Below are positions 30,005-39,535 of a DNA stretch of 64,000 bases, one piece after another (the first letter of the stretch is position 1; every line of letters starts with the position of its first letter). This DNA is from Lachnospiraceae bacterium. GTDB lineage: Bacteria > Bacillota > Clostridia > Lachnospirales > Lachnospiraceae. The notes under the pieces are model-generated. The model made no database searches, had not been told where the DNA came from, and saw only the letters and a list, made by a program, of their open reading frames with translations. The translations under genes and the position numbers were made by a program. The stretch is from assembly GCA_017532145.1 (NCBI GenBank), contig JAFXJR010000068.1, forward strand, positions 20,919 to 84,918. Direction: 5' to 3'.

Positions 30005-30703
30005 ATGCTGCGTTTAGATAAATTTTTATGTGATAGAAAGATAGGGAGCAGGAGTCAGGTCAAGGAATGGATTAGACAGGGAATGGTTACGGTAGATGGA
30101 CAGGTAGTGTGCAGACCGGAGACAAAAATTGAAGAAGAGAAAGCTCAGATTAGATTTCAGGGAGAACGGTTAAACTATCGAAAATATATCTATGTGATGC
30201 TCCACAAGCCTGCAGGAGTAGTTTCTGCAACCAAAGACAGTTCTTGTCAAACGGTGACAGGACTGTTGAAGGAGGCAGAATACAAGGATCTTTTTCCCGT
30301 GGGAAGATTGGATAAGGATACAGAGGGGTTGTTATTAATGACGAATGATGGAGAACTGGCTCATGGTCTTTTGTCTCCCAAAAAACAGGTAGAAAAGGTT
30401 TACTATTGTGAACTGGAACAGCCTTTGTCTCAGGAAGCGATTAACCAATTGGAGGAAGGAATAGATATTGGAGAAGAAAAGAAGACCTTACCAGCAAAGG
30501 TAGAACGGCTAAGGGAAAGGTGTATTCATCTGACGATAACAGAGGGAAAGTTTCATCAGGTAAAAAGGATGCTTTTAGCGGTAGGAAATCAGGTAGTTTA
30601 TTTAAAGCGGGTAAGGATGGGAGGGCTGCATTTGGACCCTGAGCTTTTACCGGGGGACTATCGGGAGCTGACTTTGGAAGAAGTAGAGCAGTTAAAGGGA
30701 TAA
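30005..30703 (+). CDS. RsuA-family pseudouridine synthase
   Basis: S4 domain RLDKFL, GRLDKDTEGLLL, EGKFHQVKRM. Confidence 0.92.
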   Translation: MLRLDKFLCDRKIGSRSQVKEWIRQGMVTVDGQVVCRPETKIEEEKAQIRFQGERLNYRKYIYVMLHKPAGVVSATKDSSCQTVTGLLKEAEYKDLFPVGRLDKDTEGLLLMTNDGELAHGLLSPKKQVEKVYYCELEQPLSQEAINQLEEGIDIGEEKKTLPAKVERLRERCIHLTITEGKFHQVKRMLLAVGNQVVYLKRVRMGGLHLDPELLPGDYRELTLEEVEQLKG

Positions 30704-30792
30704 ATGGTGTTCATGTGATTGGTAATATAGAGAGGAGAAGATAGCGGATAATCATGGTTATGGAGAGCTATCAAAACCAAAGAGGGATATAA

Positions 30793-31200
30793 GTTAACTA
30801 CCCACAACCTAAAGGTCATGGGCTTGTAACTGCCCAGTCGTCGTAACGGATTTTTCCTCCGGCTTTTCAATTCCGATAGGTATAGCTGCCTAAAGTGGCG
30901 TTACATTATAGGGTGGTTGACGACACCCTTTACAGCAAAGATTTACTCTACTATAACGGTATTCGGTACTAAACTTCCCATGCAATGCAGCATATGCTTT
31001 TTATTACGTTTAAGATTTTACCTTACATACGATTGGATGTAAAAACCTCATAGCTTAACTTTTCAATGTATATAAGAGTGCCTTCAGAACGATAGTTCCC
31101 AACGGTTTTCTCTTTGCCTTAGTATAGCATAGGAACATCTTTCAAACAACCACGAATGGATAAGGCTCCTCTCACCGCCCAAGGGCAGTAGGAGGAGCCT
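30793..31200 (-). mobile_element. Internally deleted IS200/IS605-family element with tnpB C-terminal remnant and omegaRNA-like right end
   Basis: Left hairpin AGGCTCCTC..GAGGAGCCT (31163-31200); right hairpin ending GTAGTTAAC; minus-strand remnant NLKRNKKHMLHCMGSLVPNTVIVE* (stop 30943-30945). Confidence 0.65.
31087..31149 (-). promoter_or_regulatory. Extended -10 promoter and LexA-type box inside the IS remnant
   Basis: Minus strand TTGTTT-17bp-TATACT with TG at the extended -10; GAAC-GATA-GTTC at 31087-31098. Confidence 0.5.
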
Positions 31201-31224
31201 ACACTAAACGAAAGGATTTAATTT

Positions 31225-32763
31225 ATGAAAGGACTAAAAAGGATATTATATATGCTCTTAGGGTTGCTGGGGATATGCAGTTTACTGATTATTCTAGGAG
31301 CTTTTATTCCTGGGTTAAGCGATAGTATATCAAAACTATTGTATGATTCAGCTGAGCCAGTTTTGAATCAAGCACCAGCTGCAGCGGTTGGAAACAGCAG
31401 CAAAAGCCACAGAGAGCAAGAAGGAACAGACAGTCAGGGAATAGAGAGGGAGCTGCCAGAGTCGGAGATAATAATGGATAAAGAAGTCTGGGAAGCAGAC
31501 AGAGAGGAAACAGACAGGGAAGCAAAAGACTTACAAAAGCAAGCAGAATCCTATGTGTATTCAGAACCGGTTTCCGGCAAAGAGGGGTTGACCGGAAGAA
31601 ATGGATATATACCGGTGCAGGAAGCCTATGAGGAGATTGATGAGGAGGAAGAGGAAAAGCTAAGGGAAAAGTATACCTATGGTGAGACAGGAGAGGGACT
31701 GGACTTTGATTCTCATTTTTATCCCTATTATGGAATGCTGGATGACAGACAAAAAAGGGTATATCGCCAGATTTTTGCCAATGCACAGGCAGTAAACGGA
31801 AGCTTTAATCCGCTGGAGCCGGTTTCCGTGACGGAACTGAAACATATTTTTATGGCAGTATTCAACGATCATCCCGGACTGTTTTGGTTGGAATCCTCCT
31901 ATAAGGGAAGGTTTTCCCGTACTGGAGAATGTATGGAAATTGGTCTTTCATTTTATCCATTGATAGACGATTTGGATAAGGCGAAAAGACAGTTTGAGGA
32001 GGCAGCAGAACAGATTCTGACTGTGGCTCAGGGAATGGGGAGCGATGTAGAACAGGAGATTTATGTGCATAATGCCTTGCTGGAAAAGGTTTCTTATCAT
32101 CTTTCTTCTCCTTATAACCAGAGTGCCTACAGTGCAATGGTTAATGGAGAGAGTGTATGTGCAGGATATGCCAGAGCCTTTCAGTATCTGATGATGGAAC
32201 TGAGTATTCCCTGCTATTATTGTACTGGCTATGCGGGAGAGAGTCATGCATGGAATATCATAGAGCTGGAGGGTGAGTATTACCATGTGGATGTGACCTG
32301 GGATGATGCTGCACCAGAACAGTATGATTATTTTAATTGTACGGATGCTGACTATGCCTCTACTCATCGAAGAGAGGACTTATCTGTCTATTTGCCCGCC
32401 TGCAACGGTACAGCCTATGGTAATCTAGCGACTGATTCAGCCGAGGAAGAAGAGAAAACAGGCAGAAGTTTGGAAGAAGCTGGATATACAGAGGAAGATG
32501 TACTCTGGAGTTTGGAGGATTATTTTACAGACTGTCGGGAGCAGATTCTCAGTCATAATGGCTCCTGTGAATTTTGGAATGTGATAGACAATGAAAGTCT
32601 TTGGTATCAGTGCCATGAATCTTATCAGAGTGATTACTATCTAGATGCCTATATGAATGAGATAATGACAGGCTTTGGTGCTATTGGCTGTGAAATTTAT
32701 GTGGAAGCAGAACTGCTGAAGGATGGCAGATTCTTGATGCATCATCGGGTAGTTTTTAACTGA
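31225..32763 (+). CDS. Membrane-anchored transglutaminase-like domain protein
   Basis: N-terminal TM; VCAGYA...HAWN...VDVTWD Cys-His-Asp triad. Confidence 0.85.
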   Translation: MKGLKRILYMLLGLLGICSLLIILGAFIPGLSDSISKLLYDSAEPVLNQAPAAAVGNSSKSHREQEGTDSQGIERELPESEIIMDKEVWEADREETDREAKDLQKQAESYVYSEPVSGKEGLTGRNGYIPVQEAYEEIDEEEEEKLREKYTYGETGEGLDFDSHFYPYYGMLDDRQKRVYRQIFANAQAVNGSFNPLEPVSVTELKHIFMAVFNDHPGLFWLESSYKGRFSRTGECMEIGLSFYPLIDDLDKAKRQFEEAAEQILTVAQGMGSDVEQEIYVHNALLEKVSYHLSSPYNQSAYSAMVNGESVCAGYARAFQYLMMELSIPCYYCTGYAGESHAWNIIELEGEYYHVDVTWDDAAPEQYDYFNCTDADYASTHRREDLSVYLPACNGTAYGNLATDSAEEEEKTGRSLEEAGYTEEDVLWSLEDYFTDCREQILSHNGSCEFWNVIDNESLWYQCHESYQSDYYLDAYMNEIMTGFGAIGCEIYVEAELLKDGRFLMHHRVVFN

Positions 32764-32784
32764 AGCTCCAATAGTTAAAGCAGA

Positions 32785-32840
32785 AAAATACCTCCTAAGT
32801 AGATTTTGGTTATTTATCTTGTCTACTTAGGAGGTATTTT
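32785..32840. terminator. Bidirectional terminator with a perfect 19-bp stem
   Basis: AAAATACCTCCTAAGTAGA / TCTACTTAGGAGGTATTTT. Confidence 0.8.
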
Positions 32841-32892
32841 ATCATAAAAGACGTCTTTCTGGTCTGGCGGATGGTAAATATCTGCCTGGACT

Positions 32893-33864
32893 TTATGGAC
32901 GGTTTAAAATATCCGTAATCTTATTGATCATCTCGTCTTCTCGAAGTCGAAACTTAATTTCCACCCTTCGGGAGGCTGCCATATTGATATCGGTGGTTCC
33001 TTCCTGATAAACTGGGTCGCTGTATGAACGACCGTTAACGGTAAGCAGTTGCCTGAGCTGTTCAATTTTATCAAGGGAAAGTCCATTTTTGCTATCCTGA
33101 CAGAAGGCGGCTACTGCATTAGCCCGGTTGTAGGAAAGCTCCATATTGCCTTGATAGCTTCCATCGGTATCAGTATGCCCCTCAATAATAATCTCGGCAA
33201 TATAGGGGCGGTAGCTATCCTGTAAAAGTACAGCCAGATAGAGAGGAATAATTTCCTTTAAAGTGGTTTTGCTTTCTGTAGTCAGCTTAGCACTGTTATA
33301 ACGGAAAAGCACGTCTGAGGAGAAGGTAATTGAGCCAGTCTGGGCATCTACCTGCATGGAGGAATTACTGAAGGTATTCTGTAGCTCCTGGATAATATCG
33401 GTACGAATCCCTACAATATTTTGTAATTCACTTTTGGTAGCTGCCAGTTCGGCTTTGGCACTATCCATATTGGTATTGGCTTGTGCCAATTCTGCTCTGG
33501 CATTGGCAATTTCAGCATAAGCCTGTGCCAGTTCAGCCTGTGTCATCTGAGAGTAGGCATTGGCTTCCTGCAGCTCGGTAAGAGTACGTTGTAGCTCCTC
33601 ATTGGATTTTTGTATCTCTGCCTGGGATTGCTCCAGATAAGCTTCATATTGTTCTAATTCGGTTCGGGATTGATCCAAATCTGCCTGAGCAATATCCAGC
33701 TCTCTCCGAGTCTGCTCTAAATCGGTGGTTTTCTGACGATAGATAGAGAGGGTAATGGCAATAATCAGGGTAAAGGTAAGGAGCAGAGCAGCCATCATAT
33801 CAGAATAGGATTGCCAAAAGCTGTGTTCCTGAAAAGCCATTCGGTTTTTTCTGTTATTTTTCAT
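32893..33864 (-). CDS. ZorB/MotB-like protein with coiled-coil linker and OmpA-like peptidoglycan-binding domain
   Basis: FWQSYSDMMAALL TM with conserved Asp; IIIEGHTD..NMELSYNRANAV..SRRVEI. Confidence 0.85.
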   Translation of the reverse strand: MKNNRKNRMAFQEHSFWQSYSDMMAALLLTFTLIIAITLSIYRQKTTDLEQTRRELDIAQADLDQSRTELEQYEAYLEQSQAEIQKSNEELQRTLTELQEANAYSQMTQAELAQAYAEIANARAELAQANTNMDSAKAELAATKSELQNIVGIRTDIIQELQNTFSNSSMQVDAQTGSITFSSDVLFRYNSAKLTTESKTTLKEIIPLYLAVLLQDSYRPYIAEIIIEGHTDTDGSYQGNMELSYNRANAVAAFCQDSKNGLSLDKIEQLRQLLTVNGRSYSDPVYQEGTTDINMAASRRVEIKFRLREDEMINKITDILNRP

Positions 33865-35014
33865 ATAAATTCCTCATCTGATTGAAAGTATACAGCTGGT
33901 TACTAATATCTTCATTTAAGGTTTCACAGGCCTGAGAAAGCTGCTGCTGTTGATTTTGTAGCTCATGGGCAAAAATTTCCTGGCGCTGCATGGTATGCTC
34001 TAATGTCTGCATCAGAATGCGATTGGATTCCAAAAGCTCTCTTGTAGTGGCCTCCAGAGATTGATAGTTTCTGGAATAGAGTGCCTGAGCTTCGCAAGCG
34101 GTATGGAGGGCCTGTCCCATCTTTTCAAAATCTGTACCCATATGTTCAGAAAGCTGACTGGTAAAGGCTTGGACAATTTTCTCCACTCCCTGAGTCTGCT
34201 CTAAAGCGTTACCCTTAAGCAGCTTTTGAATTTCCTGCATGGAATTGGCCATATTCGCCTGATAGATAAGCATGGCATCAGCAGTATCATTGGCATTGGA
34301 TACAGGAGGCATAACACATTCCCGGAAGCACAGAAGAAAATCGGATAAAATCTCATAGGAATAGGCCATAATGCTTCGATAGATAAAGGTAAATACCAAG
34401 GAAAACAGGATACCATAGATGGAGGTGTGGAAGGCTACCTTCATTCCACTAAGCAGTGGACCTACATTATCTGCTATAGTAAAAATATCGTCTCCGGAAA
34501 AAGCTCCCAGCCCCAGGGACAGTCCAAGAAAAGTACCCAAAATACCCAAACCGGTCATAGTGCCGGAAAGGTTGGCATTATAGTGGGAGGCTCCAATTTG
34601 ATCCAGTAAATCTTCATTGATATATTCTTCCAAATCACAGGTTTGGCGAAGTCCTTTTTTGGTAGAATAGTTTTTTAAGCGCAGTCGGTATCGGTCAAAA
34701 GCTTCGTCTAAAACGGGATGACCGAAAAACTCCTCCTTTTTCTTTAATTCCAGCCAGAGATTTTCTCCGTTTTCCTGATATTTTTCATAGATAGCATCAG
34801 TAACCTCTGCCAGTACATCGGTACAGCGATTGAGTCTGGCAAAGCTAAAGGCGGAAATCAAGAATAAAACACCAATCAGCAGGAGAAATCCTACATTAAT
34901 CAGAAGATTTTCATAGGAAGAAACTTCTCCTGTAAAAACTCCATTAAGATGAAGAATAAAGCCAAGTACTACAAAATAGAACAAAAACAGAATAAAATAG
35001 ATTCTTTTTTTCAT
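33854..35014 (-). CDS. ZorA-like MotA/TolQ/ExbB channel protein with helical C-terminal tail
   Basis: TGLGILGTFLGL and GMKVAFHTSIYG motifs; AGGAGG RBS before MKKRIYF; overlaps the zorB-like start. Confidence 0.8.
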   Translation of the reverse strand: MKKRIYFILFLFYFVVLGFILHLNGVFTGEVSSYENLLINVGFLLLIGVLFLISAFSFARLNRCTDVLAEVTDAIYEKYQENGENLWLELKKKEEFFGHPVLDEAFDRYRLRLKNYSTKKGLRQTCDLEEYINEDLLDQIGASHYNANLSGTMTGLGILGTFLGLSLGLGAFSGDDIFTIADNVGPLLSGMKVAFHTSIYGILFSLVFTFIYRSIMAYSYEILSDFLLCFRECVMPPVSNANDTADAMLIYQANMANSMQEIQKLLKGNALEQTQGVEKIVQAFTSQLSEHMGTDFEKMGQALHTACEAQALYSRNYQSLEATTRELLESNRILMQTLEHTMQRQEIFAHELQNQQQQLSQACETLNEDISNQLYTFNQMRNLYEK

Positions 35015-35121
35015 GGTATACCTCCTTTGTATTGTATAAGAAAACGATAGCATAAGAAGAAGAATTGTACAAGAATGGAATGAAAAAATAAGTAAAAATT
35101 AAGAAAAAGGATAAATATGGT

Positions 35122-35159
35122 AAAAAAATCATCCTGAGTACCTACAGGTATCAGGATGA
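35122..35159 (-). terminator. Intrinsic terminator of the DtxR-family gene
   Basis: TCATCCTGA/TCAGGATGA stem with T-tract on the minus strand. Confidence 0.7.
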
Positions 35160-35163
35160 CAGA

Positions 35164-35526
35164 CTATTTTTGGGCATATTTCTTAATGGCTTCAAAGCTT
35201 TCCGGACTAATAACATGCTCAATACGGCAAGCATCTTCAGCGGCAATTTCTCTGTTTACTCCCAGGCTGACCAGCCATTCTGTCAGAAATTCATGTCTCT
35301 CAAATATCATATCTGCAATGGCCTGACCGGATTCAGTAAGATAGATGAAACCTTCCCTGGTTACGGTGATATGTCCTTTTTCCCGAAGATTTTTCATGGC
35401 TACACTGACACTGGACTTTTTAAATCCAAGCTCTTCAGCCACGTCTACAGAACGTACTACCGGATGGGATTTGCCCAGAATCAATATGGTTTCCAGATAG
35501 TTTTCTGCTGATTCATTTACTTTCAT
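35164..35526 (-). CDS. DtxR/MntR-family metal-dependent repressor
   Basis: SAENYLETI, VRSVDVAEELG, SVSVAMKNL, RHEFLT, DACRIEH. Confidence 0.92.
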   Translation of the reverse strand: MKVNESAENYLETILILGKSHPVVRSVDVAEELGFKKSSVSVAMKNLREKGHITVTREGFIYLTESGQAIADMIFERHEFLTEWLVSLGVNREIAAEDACRIEHVISPESFEAIKKYAQK

Positions 35527-35796
35527 GCTTTTTCTCCATTCTTATTTCCTAATCAGACAGTTATTTTGTTATTATAGCATATTCCAGCCAGAATGTGAAC
35601 CAGATAAGTAGCTATTATTTTATCATTCCGCGATGCCTTACTCTTGAAACCTCAAATATTGTTCTATTATAATAGACCCAGACAGAAATTGGAAATTAAT
35701 AGCAGTTACTTTGGATTTTCGACCTTCAGGTTTTTATCGTATGTAATATTGGTGTATCAAAGGCTGCTGGTGATGGAAAGGTATGGGATTTAAAAT

Positions 35797-36318
35797 ATGG
35801 AACAGCTGAATCTGACAGCAACAAAGGATAATGAAAGAGTATATAAAATACTGGGAGACCTGATGAACATGGACAGAGAATTTCAGATTATGATTACTGT
35901 CCCTTCAGGAAGCGGAAAATCTTCTCTGGTAGGGCAGGAGAATATGATATCGGGCAGAAGTGTGGTTCGGGACCTGGAAAAGGATGTGACCGATATGATA
36001 CATGAAATTGGTGTACCTGCACATATTAAAGGGTATCAGTATCTAAGAGAAGCAATTATGATGTCTGTAGAGGACAATGAAATGCTTAATTCCATTACAA
36101 AGGTACTGTATCCTTCCATTGCACAAAAGTATCAGACTACTTCCAGCCGGGTGGAGAGAGCTATTCGCCATGCCATAGAGGTGGCCTGGAGCCGTGGAAA
36201 GATGGAGACGCTGGATGCACTTTTTGGATATACCATCAATACAGGTAAGGGAAAACCCACCAATTCGGAGTTTATTGCCCTGATTGCAGATAAAATAAGA
36301 CTGCAGTACAAAAATTAA
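35797..36318 (+). CDS. Spo0A C-terminal DNA-binding-domain protein lacking a receiver domain
   Basis: [59 protein letters not shown]; only ~55 aa N-terminal. Confidence 0.9.
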   Translation: MEQLNLTATKDNERVYKILGDLMNMDREFQIMITVPSGSGKSSLVGQENMISGRSVVRDLEKDVTDMIHEIGVPAHIKGYQYLREAIMMSVEDNEMLNSITKVLYPSIAQKYQTTSSRVERAIRHAIEVAWSRGKMETLDALFGYTINTGKGKPTNSEFIALIADKIRLQYKN

Positions 36319-36377
36319 TTCTTTTAAACGTCTCCGATATGATGTATAATAGACCTAATGATATTGGAGGTGCAGTT

Positions 36378-37823
36378 ATGAAGAATATTCTGTTTATTGC
36401 GTCGGAAGGTGTTCCATTTATCAAAACAGGCGGTTTGGCAGACGTAGTAGGTTCTCTGCCTAAGTGCATTAATAAGGAATACTTTGACGTACGGGTTATG
36501 ATTCCAAAATATATGTGTATGTCACAGGAAATGAAGGATAAAATAACCTACAATACCCATTTTTATATGGATTTCAACTGGAAGAATGAATATGTGGGTC
36601 TGATGGAGTCTGAAGTGGATGGAGTAAAATACTATTTTATCGACAATGAATCCATGTTTGGCGGCTTTAAGCCCTACAGTGACAATGTGCTGGATGAAAT
36701 TACCAAGTTTTCCTTTTTTTCAAAGGCAGCCTTATCTGCTCTTCCTCTGCTGAATTTCAGACCGGATGTGATTCACTGCCATGACTGGCAGACAGGACTG
36801 GTACCGGTGTATCTAAAGGAGCGTTTTCAGGCCAACGACTTTTTTAAGGGAATCAAGACGGTGATGACGATTCATAATCTGAAGTTTCAGGGAAAATGGG
36901 ATGTGAAGTCGGTAAAATCCATTACCGGTCTGCCGGATTATTTCTTTACCTCAGATAAATTGGAGGCATATAAGGATGCCAATCTGTTAAAGGGTGGTCT
37001 GGTCTATGCAGATGCGATTACCACCGTAAGCAATACTTATGCAGAGGAAATTAAGACTCCATTTTTTGGAGAGGGACTGGATGGACTGCTTCGGGCAAGG
37101 AGTGGAGACTTAAGAGGAATCGTTAACGGTATCGACTATGAGGACTTTAACCCTGCTACCGACCCTTATATTGAGCATAACTATAATGCGGTAAACTTCC
37201 GTAAGGAAAAGATTAAAAATAAGCGTGCTTTACAGGCAGAGCTGGGACTGGAGCAGGATGAAAAGAAGATGCTGATTGGTATCGTTTCCCGTCTGACAGA
37301 CCAAAAGGGCGTGGATTTAATCGACTATATGATGGATCAGATTTGTCAGGATGCGGTTCAGATTGTGGTGCTGGGAACAGGAGAAGAGCGATACGAAAAT
37401 ATGTTCCGCCACTTTGATTGGAAGTATCATAATAAGGTATCTGCCAATATTTTCTATTCGGAGGCTCTTTCTCACAAGGTGTACGCTTCCTGTGATGCCT
37501 TCCTGATGCCTTCTCTGTTTGAACCCTGCGGATTAAGTCAGTTAATGGCACTTCGCTATGGTACAGTGCCTATCGTAAGGGAAACCGGAGGTTTGAAGGA
37601 TACGGTACAGCCTTATAATGAATATGAAAGTACAGGTACAGGTTTCAGCTTTAAAAACTACAATGCTCATGAAATGTTGGAAACCATCCGTTATGCAGAG
37701 CATATTTATTATGATAAGAAGAGGGAATGGAATAAGATTATTGATAGAGGAATGGCAGCCGATTTTTCATGGCATGTATCCGCAAATAAATATCAGGAAA
37801 TGTATGATTGGCTGATAGGGTAA
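36378..37823 (+). CDS. glgA: Glycogen synthase
   Basis: KTGGLADV, HCHDWQT, TIHNL, PSLFEPCGLSQL. Confidence 0.95.
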   Translation: MKNILFIASEGVPFIKTGGLADVVGSLPKCINKEYFDVRVMIPKYMCMSQEMKDKITYNTHFYMDFNWKNEYVGLMESEVDGVKYYFIDNESMFGGFKPYSDNVLDEITKFSFFSKAALSALPLLNFRPDVIHCHDWQTGLVPVYLKERFQANDFFKGIKTVMTIHNLKFQGKWDVKSVKSITGLPDYFFTSDKLEAYKDANLLKGGLVYADAITTVSNTYAEEIKTPFFGEGLDGLLRARSGDLRGIVNGIDYEDFNPATDPYIEHNYNAVNFRKEKIKNKRALQAELGLEQDEKKMLIGIVSRLTDQKGVDLIDYMMDQICQDAVQIVVLGTGEERYENMFRHFDWKYHNKVSANIFYSEALSHKVYASCDAFLMPSLFEPCGLSQLMALRYGTVPIVRETGGLKDTVQPYNEYESTGTGFSFKNYNAHEMLETIRYAEHIYYDKKREWNKIIDRGMAADFSWHVSANKYQEMYDWLIG

Positions 37824-37837
37824 AGGGCGGATATTAT

Positions 37838-39535
37838 ATGTCGAAGAAGATTCGATTATCTCAAAAAAAGGACCATATACTTCACACGAATCAAAACGGG
37901 TTTATTATGCAGGCGGGTATTCTTGCTGCAGCGTCCATTATCTGCCGGATTATTGGACTGCTGTACAAAAGCCCGCTTACGGTTATTATAGGTGACGAGG
38001 GAAACGGCTACTATTCCACAGCCTATACCATTTACACAATTATCCTGTTGGTGTCATCCTACAGTATTCCTTCAGCAATGGCAAAAGTGTTGGCACAAAA
38101 GCTGGCACTGAAGGAATACCGTAATGCCCAGAGGATTTTTTTGTGTGCTTTAATTTATGTAATGGGAGTGGGAGGAGTGGCCAGTCTTATCCTTTATTTT
38201 GGAGCTCCTCTACTGGTGATGGGTAACTCCATTCCGGTACTGAGAGTCTTTGCTCCCACGATTTTTATCTATGGTATTCTTGGTGTATTAAGAGGCTATT
38301 TTCAGGCACATGGAACCATGATACAGACTTCTGTCTCACAGATTTTAGAGCAGATATTAAATGCAGTAGTCAGTATAGGCGCTGCTTATTTTATGATACA
38401 GCTGGCAGTGGATGCACAGAAGGCTACCAGTGTACAGGCTATGTATGGAGCCATGGGCAGTGCATTGGGGACAGGCTTTGGAGTGCTGGCAAGTATGCTG
38501 TTTTTAATCGGCATCTATTGGATTAATCGGAAGGGAATACAAAAGAGGATTGCCTATGATGAAACAAAAAAAGTGGATTCCTGGGGAAAGATTTTCCGAC
38601 TAATCCTGTCAGTGGTAACTCCCTTTATTCTTAGTACCTGTATCTATAATCTGACTACTTCCCTCAATCAGACTCTCTATCTAAAGATGATGATAGGTCT
38701 GAAGGGAATGGATGAAATCAGAGCAACTACAGAGTATGGAATCTTCGCTCAAAAGGCAGTTACTATTTCCAACATTCCTATTGCTCTGGCTTCTGCCATG
38801 TCCTCAGCGATTATTCCTACTATTGCTGCAGCCTATGAAAAGAAGGCGGTAAAGGAGACAGGAAAGAAAGTAGCAGCGGCAATCAAGGTGACGATGCTGC
38901 TCTCCATTCCGGCAGCGGTGGCCATTGGTATTTTAGCAAAGCCCATCGTATGGATTCTGTTTCCTCAAAAGGAATCCTTGGATTTAGCAGCCAGCCTGCT
39001 GAGAGGGCTTTCGATTACTGTAGTTTTATATGGTCTGTCTACCTTAACCAATGCAGTGCTGCAGGGAATAGGAAAGGTTAATGTACCGGTAATTAATGCC
39101 CTGATTTCTTTGATTATTCAGACTGCTGTATTGGTTCCTGTTTTATGTTATACAGAAGGGGGCATTAGGGGGGTTATGCTGGCAACAGTAGTCTATTCCT
39201 TAATGATGTGCCTATTGAATAATCTGTTTTTATGTAAATATCTAAAGTATAAACAGGAGCTGGACAGAACCTTTATACGGCCCTTGTTTGCCTCTGTATT
39301 TATGGCAGCAGTGGCTTATGGAATCTATCATGGTCTATTTTGGCTATTGGGAAAGGTGCTGGCTTCTGTCTATTTTGTCAACTTGATTGCCTTTGCTGTA
39401 GCAGCCCTAATGGGAGTCTTACTCTACATGATTCTGATTATTAAGCTAAGAGCCGTCAGGGCAGCGGAACTGAAAAAGATGCCCAAAGGAGACTTCCTGT
39501 TTAAAATGGCAAAAAAACTAAGGCTGCTATCATAG
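37838..39535 (+). CDS. MurJ/SpoVB-family polysaccharide flippase
   Basis: MOP-family multi-TM; RIIGLLY..IGDEGNGYY, LRGYFQ, SQILEQI. Confidence 0.85.
   Translation: MSKKIRLSQKKDHILHTNQNGFIMQAGILAAASIICRIIGLLYKSPLTVIIGDEGNGYYSTAYTIYTIILLVSSYSIPSAMAKVLAQKLALKEYRNAQRIFLCALIYVMGVGGVASLILYFGAPLLVMGNSIPVLRVFAPTIFIYGILGVLRGYFQAHGTMIQTSVSQILEQILNAVVSIGAAYFMIQLAVDAQKATSVQAMYGAMGSALGTGFGVLASMLFLIGIYWINRKGIQKRIAYDETKKVDSWGKIFRLILSVVTPFILSTCIYNLTTSLNQTLYLKMMIGLKGMDEIRATTEYGIFAQKAVTISNIPIALASAMSSAIIPTIAAAYEKKAVKETGKKVAAAIKVTMLLSIPAAVAIGILAKPIVWILFPQKESLDLAASLLRGLSITVVLYGLSTLTNAVLQGIGKVNVPVINALISLIIQTAVLVPVLCYTEGGIRGVMLATVVYSLMMCLLNNLFLCKYLKYKQELDRTFIRPLFASVFMAAVAYGIYHGLFWLLGKVLASVYFVNLIAFAVAALMGVLLYMILIIKLRAVRAAELKKMPKGDFLFKMAKKLRLLS

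Noticed and set aside
35895-35925. P-loop-like PSGSGKSS in the Spo0A-domain protein
   Set aside because: The N-terminus is too short for an NTPase fold and has no Walker B; probably a linker
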